Origin: Puniceicoccaceae bacterium Marseille-Q1082
Lineage (GTDB): Bacteria; Verrucomicrobiota; Verrucomicrobiia; Opitutales; Intestinicryptomonadaceae
Length of the DNA stretch: 32,000 bases
Direction: 5' to 3'
Assembly (NCBI GenBank): GCA_904424815.1
Contig: CAJGBI010000001.1
Location: 899,083-931,082, forward strand
Shown here: piece by piece, positions 8,740 to 17,228 of the stretch
How the letters are laid out: each line of letters opens with the position of its first letter
How positions within the stretch are numbered: position 1 is the stretch's first letter
Notes under the pieces: generated by a model
Databases searched by the model: none
What the model was told of the DNA's origin: nothing
What the model saw: only the letters and a program-made list of their open reading frames with translations
Position numbers and translations under genes: made by a program

Positions 8740-10064
8740 CCGAGCTCCCTCAGTATTCCGTCGCCCTTCATGTCGCCCTCGTTTTCCTCGAGCAACCCGA
8801 CGGTCTCGCCCTGCGGCGTCCGCAGCACGGCGTCGGAGGGTATGCCGAGGCGCGCGTATATCGAGCCGATGAGGTCGCAGGGCGACACCGGGCGCTCGAC
8901 GACCTTTTCCGCCCTTTCGTCGGTTTTTCCGACCACCTTGCCGCCCTCGAATCCGCCGCCCGAAAGCATCATGGAAAACGCGTCGCCCCAGTGCCCGCGC
9001 CCGCCCGAATACGGGGCCTCCCACTGTATGCGCGGAGTGCGCCCGAACTCGCCGCTCCACCAGATTATAGTGGAGTCGAACAGCCCGCGCTCGCGCAGGT
9101 CGGCGATGAGCGCCGACACCGCCCTGTCGGTCTGCGGCATCAGTTTGCGCATTTCCTGAAAATGGCTCTTGTGCGTGTCCCAGCCCGGGTAGTTTATGGT
9201 GACGTACGGGACTCCGCTCTCCACGAGCTTTCTGGCTACGAGGCACGAGCACCCGAATTTGTTGCGCCCGTAGGCGTCGCGTACTTTGTCGCTCTCCGTG
9301 GCGACGTCGAAGATTTTGCCCGCGTCGCCGAGAATCAAATTGTACGCCTGCTCTACCGCAAGCTCCGACTGTTTGAGGTACCCGCTGGAAGCAAGCGCCT
9401 TTTTGAACGTCCCGAGGTCTTCGAGCAGCGCGCGGCGGGACTCCTGCCGCGCGCGCGTTATGCCCCGCGCCACGATCCCCTCGACCTCGAACGGCACGGA
9501 CGCCGGATTGCCGCCGGTCGCAAACGGCTTGTATTTGGAGCCGAGAAACCCCGCCTCGGAAAACCTGCCCTGCGGCTCGGTCAGGACGATGTACGGAGGA
9601 ACCACGCCCTTGTAGCCAGCGTCCGCGCCCCTGAATTTGGAGACCACCGCCCCCGCGCAAGGAAAGACGTACCTGCCCGGCAGGCGGCCCGTCTGCACGA
9701 GGTACGAACCCGTCTCGTGCGCGTTTTGGAAATGGCGGACGGAGCGTATCACGGAATATGCGTCGGCGCATTTGGCGAGGTTTGGCATGAGCTCGCATAT
9801 TTTCAAGCCGTCCACGTTCGTGTCGATGGGCGCCGCGAGCTGCCCGCAGTAGTCGTACCCAGCCGCTGGCTTGGGATCCCACGTCTCAATCTGCGACGGG
9901 CCTCCCCAAAACCATATTTGTATCACCGATTTCGCAAACGGCTTTTTCGGGGCGGGCGCTGGCTTTGCCGCCTCCGCCGAAAATCCGCGCGCGCCGAACC
10001 CGAAGAGCGCCCCGAGCGCGCCCGCCGACTTCAAAAAATCCCTTCTTCCCAATGTCCCGTGCAT
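8733..10064 (-). CDS. DUF1501 family protein (sulfatase/alkaline-phosphatase-like fold) with a twin-arginine signal
   Basis: Start MHGTLGRRDFLKSAGALGALFG carries a Tat motif, followed by IWFWGGPSQIETWDPKP, the hallmark DUF1501 N-terminus. GGAGG sits 4 nt upstream of the ATG at 10064 and overlaps the preceding TAG stop. Confidence 0.9.
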   Translation of the reverse strand: MHGTLGRRDFLKSAGALGALFGFGARGFSAEAAKPAPAPKKPFAKSVIQIWFWGGPSQIETWDPKPAAGYDYCGQLAAPIDTNVDGLKICELMPNLAKCADAYSVIRSVRHFQNAHETGSYLVQTGRLPGRYVFPCAGAVVSKFRGADAGYKGVVPPYIVLTEPQGRFSEAGFLGSKYKPFATGGNPASVPFEVEGIVARGITRARQESRRALLEDLGTFKKALASSGYLKQSELAVEQAYNLILGDAGKIFDVATESDKVRDAYGRNKFGCSCLVARKLVESGVPYVTINYPGWDTHKSHFQEMRKLMPQTDRAVSALIADLRERGLFDSTIIWWSGEFGRTPRIQWEAPYSGGRGHWGDAFSMMLSGGGFEGGKVVGKTDERAEKVVERPVSPCDLIGSIYARLGIPSDAVLRTPQGETVGLLEENEGDMKGDGILRELGC

Positions 10065-10072
10065 AAACCCTC

Positions 10073-11779
10073 CTAATGCCTGTTGGAAAATTCGTCCGAG
10101 TTGAAAAGCGCCCACATCGCGTCCGTCATTGCATGCCACTGGTTGAACTTCCGGCCCCCGGGCTTGTACGCCTCGAACGCCTTGAGCTCGGCGCGCGTGG
10201 GGCGGCGCGAAAGTATTTTGACGTAAAGGCAATACAGCCCCCTGCGGTACGGCATTGTAAAAAACTTTCTGTTGAATTTCGACGACGATATCTTGCGCAG
10301 AATCTGCGACGAATTCAGCATGTGCAGCTTTTGCGACGAAGACGGCAGCCCCGCCCTCTCGTCGGCGTATCCCGTGTCGCGCGGGGGCTTTCCGAAGAGC
10401 TCGAGAAACGGGGTAGTCACGCTCCCGTCGGGCAAATCCACGGAGGCGGTGGAGTCCGGCATAGTGGTGTACGGCTCGGGGGTTGTGCTCGAATAGGTCT
10501 CCGAAGTGCCCGTCACGGAGCACACCGAATCTATCAGGATTTCGGCGTCGAGCCGCCGCACGGGGTAGACCGCGAAATTTTCGCGGGCGGAGGCGGGGTC
10601 GTTGGAGGGGTCGGGAATGAACGACTGCGAATACGCCGCGGAGGTTGCGATCAGGCGCGCGAGAGCCCTTATGTCGAAATTGGAGCGCTCGAAACGCGAA
10701 GCGAGAACGTCCAAAAGGCGCGCCGACACCGGAGGGTTTTGCGAAAAAAACATGTCGTCCACGGGCGAGACTATCGGGGAGCCGAAAAACCACGCCCACA
10801 TCCGGTTGGCGAACGCCTTTGCAAAATACGGATTGCCCTTGCGGGCGAGCCAGTCAGCAAAGGCCGCGCGCGGCGACACGCCCGCCGGAAAAGACGCCGC
10901 CGTCCCGTCCGGGAATACCCCCACAAAAGGCGCGCGGCGCGCGGGGTCGTCAAAAACTATCTCCTCTTTCCACTCCTTTGTCGGCTTGTACCCTACGCGC
11001 GAAAAGAACGACGTGAACGCCTTGCGACGCTCCTCCGGAATCTTGTCGAAGCGCGCGCACATGAACGTCAGGGCGGCGCACGAGGCGACGGACTCGGGAG
11101 TCCGCGACTGCATCGCGCGCATGAAATTCACCTCCCCCACGCGGAAATTGCTGCCGCTTGACGAGAGCATTTTTTTCGCCATATCGTCCCATCCAGAGCC
11201 GTCGGAGAGTGACTTTCTGACAAACCGCGTGTACGCCTGCGCCGCGTTGGGCCAGAGGTTTATCGGAAATTCCGCCTTTATCCTCAAAATGTCTCCGAGC
11301 CTAAGCGACATGTACTCGACGAAATCCTCCGACGCCAACAGAGAATCAACCAGAACCTCGCGCTTGCGGGGCGATTTGTCGTCGAGGAACTTTTCAACCT
11401 CCTCCGCCGTCGGGATTCTGCCGGCGATGTCGAGCGTTGCCCTGCGGATGAAAACGGCGTCCGAACACCTCTTTGCGGGCTTCAGCCCCCGAGATTTCAA
11501 ATGGTCGGCGACGGCGGCGTCTATCGGGTTTTTGGACGCCGAAAAATCCGTCTCACCGTCCTCGTATGGATTGGATGGGGAAAATTTTATGTCGGGGCGC
11601 GCCTTTTTTCGGGCGGGGGCGGATTTTTTTGCGGGAAGCGCGGGCTTTTGAACAGCCCTTTCATTTGCGGAGGACGGCTGCGCGGGAGCGGGCTTTTGCG
11701 CGGCGCCAAACGCCGGATGCGCGGCAAAAACCAGAAAAAAAACTCCGAAAACCCGAAAAAATATATTTCCAGCGTCCAT
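10073..11779 (-). CDS. DUF1549/DUF1553 (PSD1-type) domain protein, secreted, lacking an N-terminal cytochrome module
   Basis: Signal-like MDAGNIFFRVFGVFFLVFAAHPAFGAAQ at ATG 11779, then a Pro/Ala/Lys-rich linker. DUF1549-like FIRRATLDIAGRIPTAEEVEKFLDD...LVDSLLAS and DUF1553-like C-terminus LELFGKPPRDTG...LHMLNS...ALFNSDEF. Confidence 0.88.
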   Translation of the reverse strand: MDAGNIFFRVFGVFFLVFAAHPAFGAAQKPAPAQPSSANERAVQKPALPAKKSAPARKKARPDIKFSPSNPYEDGETDFSASKNPIDAAVADHLKSRGLKPAKRCSDAVFIRRATLDIAGRIPTAEEVEKFLDDKSPRKREVLVDSLLASEDFVEYMSLRLGDILRIKAEFPINLWPNAAQAYTRFVRKSLSDGSGWDDMAKKMLSSSGSNFRVGEVNFMRAMQSRTPESVASCAALTFMCARFDKIPEERRKAFTSFFSRVGYKPTKEWKEEIVFDDPARRAPFVGVFPDGTAASFPAGVSPRAAFADWLARKGNPYFAKAFANRMWAWFFGSPIVSPVDDMFFSQNPPVSARLLDVLASRFERSNFDIRALARLIATSAAYSQSFIPDPSNDPASARENFAVYPVRRLDAEILIDSVCSVTGTSETYSSTTPEPYTTMPDSTASVDLPDGSVTTPFLELFGKPPRDTGYADERAGLPSSSQKLHMLNSSQILRKISSSKFNRKFFTMPYRRGLYCLYVKILSRRPTRAELKAFEAYKPGGRKFNQWHAMTDAMWALFNSDEFSNRH

Positions 11780-11912
11780 ATGTTCCGATTGCGCCCTTAT
11801 GGTTAACCGAAAATTTTGGGCGCGGCAAGATTTTTTTGTGTCGCATTCGGGCGGATTTGCCGTATAGCGTTTTTGGTACAACCTTGCAATTAACCGCAAC
11901 AGACTCCAAAAA

Positions 11913-13175
11913 ATGAGCCTATTTGAAAGAGAACTTTTAAAGCGCCTCGACTCCTACAAAGCGGAGGGGCTGATAGACGCCCGCAGCGAATCCAACCTTA
12001 GAAAAGCCCTTGAAGCCAAGGCCGGAGCGTCCGCGCGCGCGTCGCGGGAGGCGCTCTACATCGTGGGGGCGATACTGGTTTTTACGGCGTTCGCCGTTTG
12101 GGTATGCCACAATTGGGCGGCGTTCGGGGAAAGGCTCCAAGAGGCCCTCGCGTTTGTTCCTCTGGCGATATCCGCGGTTCTGGGCGTGTTTGCAATAAAA
12201 AAAGATCTGCCGCAGGCGTGGAAGGAGGCCGCCGCATTCCTGAACGTCGCGGGAGTGGCGGCCATGATATACGCAATAAGCCGCATATACAACATTCAGG
12301 GGGATACCGCCCGCTTCTGCCTCGCCGTAATCTGCCTGTCCGCGCCGGCGGCTCTCATATTCCGCTCGGGCGCGGCAATTGCCGCCATATGCGTCCTAAA
12401 CGCCGCGTTTTCGGCCGCATGCCCCGAGCCGGAACTGGCGCTCGGAATCGGCATATACGCGGTGGCGGCGTTCATCGCGTATTCCCATCTGAAAACCGGC
12501 GGAGTTTTCAGAAATGCGGTAATGGTATTCGTCTGCCTGTGCTCGACGGTCTCGATTTCCTCCGCCGCCTCGTACGAGGGGCGCGGGACGGTTCTCGCGG
12601 CGGGATTTGCCGGAGTGTTCCTCGCGGCGTCGGCCACAAAGCGGCTTTCGCAATCGCCGCTTTCAGGCAACCCGTTCGCGCTTTCGGGATTCCTGATTTT
12701 GCTGTGGGCGGTGTACATGGGCGCGTCGAGATACGCTTTGGAAAGCCTCTCCGAGCCCGCGGCGGCGGAGGCGCCTGCGGCTTTTTATCCGGCATTCTGG
12801 ACGCTCTGCGCGCTCTACCTGTTTTCACTCTTCCGCGCGTTCCGCAACCAGCGCAGGGTGAACGCGCTGCTAGCGGCGAGCGCGGTCTTTCCGGCGTTTG
12901 CGGCCGCGATGTTTTCCGGAAGCTTTTGGATATCGGCAGCCGTCGTAAACGCCACCGCGTTCTTCGGGGCGGCCGCGATGTTCGCCGGCGGAATATCCGC
13001 CAACAGCCGCATTCTCTCCAACGCGGGCGTGGCGGTCATATTGCTTCAATGCGCGGCGAGGGCGTTTGAATCCCAAGCGGACGCCGGCATAAGGGCGGCC
13101 GCATTCGCCGCCGCGGGGCTGCTTTTGATGGCGTTTAATTTTTATCTGAACAGGAGGAAATCCGATGCGCGCTAA
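11913..13175 (+). CDS. Polytopic membrane protein, DUF2157-like
   Basis: Soluble N-terminal helix (LLKRLDSYKAEGLIDARSESNL) followed by about 10 hydrophobic segments. The architecture and the neighbouring GDYXXLXY-like gene fit the DUF2157 (possibly plus DUF4401) family; the family assignment comes from memory of that architecture only. Confidence 0.6.
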   Translation: MSLFERELLKRLDSYKAEGLIDARSESNLRKALEAKAGASARASREALYIVGAILVFTAFAVWVCHNWAAFGERLQEALAFVPLAISAVLGVFAIKKDLPQAWKEAAAFLNVAGVAAMIYAISRIYNIQGDTARFCLAVICLSAPAALIFRSGAAIAAICVLNAAFSAACPEPELALGIGIYAVAAFIAYSHLKTGGVFRNAVMVFVCLCSTVSISSAASYEGRGTVLAAGFAGVFLAASATKRLSQSPLSGNPFALSGFLILLWAVYMGASRYALESLSEPAAAEAPAAFYPAFWTLCALYLFSLFRAFRNQRRVNALLAASAVFPAFAAAMFSGSFWISAAVVNATAFFGAAAMFAGGISANSRILSNAGVAVILLQCAARAFESQADAGIRAAAFAAAGLLLMAFNFYLNRRKSDAR

Positions 13176-13887
13176 AAAAATTTTTCGCGACAGCGCGAAC
13201 CTGTGGTTCGTCGGGCTGTTGACCGTCCAATTCTGCGCGGGGCTCGTTTACGCGCTCGACGCCGAGAGAGTGCACGACTCCGGCGAGGAGATAAGGGTGA
13301 AAGCCGATTCGATCTGGGCCTTCCACCGTGACGATTCCGCCGTGCAAATAAACATGCCGGCGGTAAATTCGCCGCATTCGGAGGGCGCATGCCCCGAAGC
13401 CGACGCAGTATTCAAAAGCAAAAGCGAATACGTTCCATATTGGAAGAAGGCCGAATGCCCCGTGGAGTTCCGCAAAGGCGGCGACGGATTTTGGCGCGCC
13501 GCAGCCTACGGAAAAAACGCAAATCCGGAAACCGGATTCGTCCTCGACTTGAAGCTTCTCGGAGTGAACAAGACGCGCTACGACGAAACGCTGAAAAAGA
13601 GGGTTCCGCTCCAGCCCCCGCAGGCGGCTTTCAAATTTGAAATCCGCAAATATTATACGAGCAGGCACGACGGCAAAAAGCTCTCGGAATTTATAGAAAA
13701 GGCGCAAAAGGAGAAATTGCCGGTAACGGTAGTCCTGCGCCGCGCTCACGGGGTATTGGCAATCGGCGGGCTGTACATAGGCGAAAGCCCGATAGAGGAA
13801 ATCATCGAAAAACTTTCCACCCCACGCCCCCTCCGCAAGGCGCAACTTCAAACGGCAAAAATTCCGCAAAATAAAATTCCCGACTAA
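13165..13887 (+). CDS. Membrane-anchored protein, possible divergent GDYXXLXY-domain protein
   Basis: N-terminal anchor LWFVGLLTVQFCAGLVYAL. GEEIRVKADSIWAFHRDDSAVQINM occupies the position of the PvDPrdlfRGDYv.L.Y motif but is degenerate. The C-terminus LPVTVVLRRAHGVLAIGGLYIGESP resembles the family end. The start overlaps the upstream gene by 11 nt. Confidence 0.45.
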   Translation: MRAKKIFRDSANLWFVGLLTVQFCAGLVYALDAERVHDSGEEIRVKADSIWAFHRDDSAVQINMPAVNSPHSEGACPEADAVFKSKSEYVPYWKKAECPVEFRKGGDGFWRAAAYGKNANPETGFVLDLKLLGVNKTRYDETLKKRVPLQPPQAAFKFEIRKYYTSRHDGKKLSEFIEKAQKEKLPVTVVLRRAHGVLAIGGLYIGESPIEEIIEKLSTPRPLRKAQLQTAKIPQNKIPD

Positions 13888-13946
13888 GCGGCAGAACCAA
13901 AAAAACGCCCGGCCCGAAGCCGCCCTCCGCGAAGCCTGCGAGTTTT

Positions 13947-14549
13947 TCAGTCTTTGGAAGCTTTTGAGAGCCGCCTTTTAAGCGCAAAAAACGTTTTCAG
14001 AAGCTCCGCGCATTCGGCTTCGAGCGCGCCGCTTTCGACAGCGAGCGAGTGGTTGAGCGTCGGGAGGTCGTGGAACTTCATCGCCCCTCCCAAAAAGCCC
14101 ATCTTTGGGTCGGAGACGGCGTAAACTACGCGCTTCAGGCGGCTCATGACGCACGCGCCCGCGCACATGGGGCACGGCTCCTTGGTGGCGTAGAGAGTCG
14201 CGCCGGCAAGCCGCCAGTCGCCGAGTTTTGCGGCGGCCTGGGTTATCGCCAAAACCTCCGCGTGCGCCGTGGGGTCGCGCGAGCCCTCCACGGAGTTATG
14301 CGCCTGCGCTATGACCTCTCCGCCGAACTCTATCACCGCCCCCACCGGGACCTCCCCGCAATTCCACGCCTTCAACGCCTGGTTGTAGGCGAGCTTCATA
14401 AAAAACTCGTCCCCGCGCGAGAGATACGACGGATGCAGCGGGGAGAACGGGCACGGCGGAAAATCCTTGCGCGCCGAAAATCCGCCGCCCTCCCTTTCTG
14501 CGGGGAAGTCCGGACGGCCGCGCGCGCCTCTGTTTTCGCCGTGTTCCAT
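13947..14549 (-). CDS. tadA: tRNA-specific adenosine deaminase
   Basis: Zinc-binding motifs TAHAEVLAI and EPCPMCAGA, with the DEFFMKLAYNQALKA helix. ATG at 14549 is chosen because the conserved helix begins upstream of the internal Met, which leaves a ~45-aa N-terminal extension. Confidence 0.88.
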   Translation of the reverse strand: MEHGENRGARGRPDFPAEREGGGFSARKDFPPCPFSPLHPSYLSRGDEFFMKLAYNQALKAWNCGEVPVGAVIEFGGEVIAQAHNSVEGSRDPTAHAEVLAITQAAAKLGDWRLAGATLYATKEPCPMCAGACVMSRLKRVVYAVSDPKMGFLGGAMKFHDLPTLNHSLAVESGALEAECAELLKTFFALKRRLSKASKD

Positions 14550-14621
14550 TATTTTAATATTGACTAATAGAAACGTATAAGCAGAAATTGTCAACTTTCA
14601 TACAGCAAAAACAAACAAAGC

Positions 14622-14885
14622 ATGTCAGATTCCGTAGAAGTAGAGGGGAAAGTCGTAGCCGTACTGCCTGGGACAATGTTCCGGGTGGAAATACTCAACG
14701 GGCACCAGGTGCTCGCCCACATATCGGGCAAGCTCCGCAAGAACTTCATAAAGCTAACGGTGGGCGACAGGGTCAAGATGGAAATGACCCCGCAGGACAT
14801 CGAGAAGGCCCGCATAGTTTACAGGCTCAAAAACAACGACGCCCCAAGGCCGATCCCCAGAAGGAGCTTCGGCCCCCGCCGCTGA
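14622..14885 (+). CDS. infA: Translation initiation factor IF-1 with a short basic C-terminal extension
   Basis: GKVVAVLPGTMFRVEILNGHQVLAHISGKLRKNFIKLTVGDRVKMEMTPQDIEKARIVYR aligns closely with the IF-1 S1 domain. An extra ~15 aa (NNDAPRPIPRRSFGPRR) follows. Confidence 0.95.
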   Translation: MSDSVEVEGKVVAVLPGTMFRVEILNGHQVLAHISGKLRKNFIKLTVGDRVKMEMTPQDIEKARIVYRLKNNDAPRPIPRRSFGPRR

Positions 14886-14898
14886 GCGGCAAACCGCC

Positions 14899-15900
14899 AT
14901 GTCACCGAAAACCGGAAAAGTCGCGCTGATTTCGGCTTTTCTGGTTTTGTCGTTTTTGCTGTCGGCCGCAATTTCGCTCTCGTGCGGCGCGGGGGGAATA
15001 GACTTTGCCGGCCTGTGGGCGGCTGTCTCGGGAGGCGCGGACGAATCCGCGCGCCTGATAATCGGGCAAATCCGCCTGCCGCGCCTCGCCGCCGGAATAC
15101 TCGCCGGAGCGAGCCTGTCGCTCGCGGGAGGAGCGATGCAAAGCCTTTTCAGAAACCCCCTCGCCGACCCGTCCATACTCGGCGTCTCCTCCGGCGCCGC
15201 GCTCGGGGCGGTGGCCGCAATGACGGTTTTTGCCGGGGTATTCGCGACGGAAATTTGCGCGCTCGCCGGCGGGCTCGCCGCGGCGTTTGCGGTCTACAAG
15301 CTCGGGGCGTTCGGGGGGAGAGCCTCGGCGTTTTCGACGCTTCTTGCGGGAATAGCCGTAAACGCGTTTTGCGGGGCGCTCGTGGGATTTTTCATGTACT
15401 CGGCGCGCGACGTCGGCCTGCGCGGATACGTATTCTGGTCGCTCGGCTCGCTCGACAGATGCGGCTGGGCGGACATACTTGCCGCGGCCGCTGCGGCCGT
15501 CCCGTCGTGGATTGCGATACTGCTTTGCGCGCGCCCGCTCAACCTGATGCTCCTCGGGCGGCAGCAGGCGTTCCATTCGGGCGTAAACGTCGGGCTCGTA
15601 TGGGTTCTCGTAGGCTCCGCCGCGGCCCTCGCGACTTCCGCGAGCGTCGCGATATGCGGGATAATCGGCTTCGTCGGGCTCGTCGTGCCGCACATGGTCA
15701 GAACCGTCTCGGGGCCCGACAACCGCGTCCTTCTGCCGCTCTCCGCCGTAGGAGGCGCCACAATCCTCGCGCTCGCCGACGCCGCCGCCCGCCTATGGTC
15801 GCCGTCCGATCCCGTTCCGATAGGGGTTGTCACAGCGCTCCTGGGGGCTCCGTTTTTTCTCGCGCTCTTGAAGCGCGCGGGGGATTCCGCCGATGATTGA
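14899..15900 (+). CDS. FecCD-family ABC permease for iron-siderophore, haem or B12 (HmuU/BtuC-like)
   Basis: IRLPRLAAGILAGASLSLAGGAMQSLFRNPLADPSILGVSSGAALG is the canonical FecCD signature; about 9-10 TM segments. Confidence 0.9.
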   Translation: MSPKTGKVALISAFLVLSFLLSAAISLSCGAGGIDFAGLWAAVSGGADESARLIIGQIRLPRLAAGILAGASLSLAGGAMQSLFRNPLADPSILGVSSGAALGAVAAMTVFAGVFATEICALAGGLAAAFAVYKLGAFGGRASAFSTLLAGIAVNAFCGALVGFFMYSARDVGLRGYVFWSLGSLDRCGWADILAAAAAAVPSWIAILLCARPLNLMLLGRQQAFHSGVNVGLVWVLVGSAAALATSASVAICGIIGFVGLVVPHMVRTVSGPDNRVLLPLSAVGGATILALADAAARLWSPSDPVPIGVVTALLGAPFFLALLKRAGDSADD

Positions 15901-16681
15901 GGCGAGGGACATATCGTTCGGATACGGGCGGCGGAAAGTTCTGTCCGGCGTGTCGGCGAAATTTGAAGACGGGGTTTTTGCCGCGGTTCTCGGCGCGAAC
16001 GGCGCGGGCAAATCCACGCTGCTCAAAATTCTGAGCGGGTGGCTCAAACCGGACGGGGGAGAAGTCCTGTACGCGGGCGCGAATGCGGCGTCCCTCGGCG
16101 CGCGGGAGCTCGCTAAATCCCGCGCGGTTCTCGAGCAGGAGTGCAGGCTCGACTTCGCCTGCCCCGTCGGGCAGATAGTCAGAATGTCGGGATTCTCCGC
16201 GGGCGCGCTGGGCGCGGAGGCCGATGCGGATGAGGCGGAAGCCGCCCTCGCCGCCGCCGGGCTTTCAGGATTTTCCGGCAGGATTTACACGGAGCTCTCC
16301 GGCGGCGAAAAGCGCAGGGTACACCTCGCGCGCGCCCTGTGCCAGCTCGGGAAAAATCCGGAGGGGAAAGCCCTGCTGCTCGACGAGCCCGCCGCGTCGC
16401 TCGACCCCGCCGCCGCGCACGCCGCCATGAGTGCTGCAAAATCCGCGGCCCGAAACGGCGCGTGCGTCGTAGCCGTCCTACACGACCCGAATCTGGCCTT
16501 CGACTACTGCGACTTCTCCCTGCTGCTCAAAGGCGGAAAAATCGCCGCCCGCGGCAACACCCGCGAAACCCTCACGCGCGAAAACCTGTCTTTTGCGTAC
16601 TCCCACCCGTGCGGGGTATTCCCCTCCCCGTTCGGCGCGACAGCGCGCTTCCCCAAATCCGGCGGAGATTCAAACAGTTGA
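15893..16681 (+). CDS. ABC transporter ATP-binding protein, HmuV/FecE-like
   Basis: Walker A GANGAGKST, signature LSGGEKRRVHLARAL, Walker B LLLDEP, and an HmuV-like insertion ALCQLGKNPEGK. Overlaps the permease gene by 8 nt. Confidence 0.9.
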   Translation: MIEARDISFGYGRRKVLSGVSAKFEDGVFAAVLGANGAGKSTLLKILSGWLKPDGGEVLYAGANAASLGARELAKSRAVLEQECRLDFACPVGQIVRMSGFSAGALGAEADADEAEAALAAAGLSGFSGRIYTELSGGEKRRVHLARALCQLGKNPEGKALLLDEPAASLDPAAAHAAMSAAKSAARNGACVVAVLHDPNLAFDYCDFSLLLKGGKIAARGNTRETLTRENLSFAYSHPCGVFPSPFGATARFPKSGGDSNS

Positions 16682-16721
16682 CAAAGGCGGGCCGATGTGG
16701 TCTTTTTTGGGCGTGAATAAT

Positions 16722-17225
16722 ATGCAGAGGCTACACTCATATTGGCGCATGCCGTACATAGAAGCCCCGAAGCCGCGCGACGACTCGGGGGAAAAGGGCG
16801 GCAACCCATTTCTCGAAATGGCCGCATCCGACGATTTTGAAAAGTTCCATATCCTCTGGAAGGGGAAATACTCGTTCATAGTCATGAACAAGTTCCCGTA
16901 CAATTGCGGGCACCTTCTCGTCCTTCCCCTGCGCGAAATCGGAGACATCGAGCTGCTCGACGGCGGGGAAAAGATTGAATTTTTCGACGCCGTAATACGC
17001 GCCAAGAGGATTTTGCGCAGGGCGCTCAATCCCGACGCCTTCAACGTGGGCTTCAACCTCGGCTCGAAGGCGGGCGCGGGAATCCCCCGGCACCTGCACT
17101 GCCATGTCGTCCCCCGCTGGGACGGCGACACCAACTTCATGCCCGTAATATCCGACACCCGCGTGCTGCCCCAGTCGCTCGACGCGCTCTGGCAAAAGCT
17201 CGTAAAGTTCGCCGACGAAGAATAG
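16722..17225 (+). CDS. HIT-family nucleotide hydrolase/transferase
   Basis: Histidine triad HLHCHVVPRW and the N-terminal W.MPYI pattern. ATG at 16722 preferred over the longer track ORF that starts inside the upstream gene. Confidence 0.85.
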   Translation: MQRLHSYWRMPYIEAPKPRDDSGEKGGNPFLEMAASDDFEKFHILWKGKYSFIVMNKFPYNCGHLLVLPLREIGDIELLDGGEKIEFFDAVIRAKRILRRALNPDAFNVGFNLGSKAGAGIPRHLHCHVVPRWDGDTNFMPVISDTRVLPQSLDALWQKLVKFADEE

Positions 17226-17228
17226 CCC

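Noticed and set aside
8740-9882. The 381-aa arginine-rich N-terminal extension of the 1156-aa minus-strand track ORF (6412-9882).
   Set aside because: It overlaps the well-supported DUF1501 CDS in another frame and has R/G/A-rich shadow-frame composition. A clean signal peptide with an upstream GAGGGAG begins at the internal ATG 8739.
10065-10799. The 245-aa N-terminal extension of the 688-aa track ORF (8733-10799), and likewise the 40-aa extension of the 608-aa ORF (11780-11899).
   Set aside because: The extensions overlap the DUF1549/1553 CDS out of frame. The Tat signal (RRDFLK) with a GGAGG RBS marks the real start at 10064, and the signal peptide marks 11779.
13888-13946. Terminator between the GDYXXLXY-like gene and tadA (A7 run at 13904-13910 next to GC-rich sequence).
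   Set aside because: Only a 4-bp stem (CGGC/GCCG) can be drawn next to the T-run on the minus strand, which is too weak to call.
14550-14621. Face-to-face promoters in the tadA/infA divergent region (TTGACT at 14561 on the plus strand, TTGACA on the minus strand near 14597-14602).
   Set aside because: The -35-like hexamers are good, but no acceptable -10 box lies at 16-19 nt spacing on either strand, so the promoters are not reported as features.
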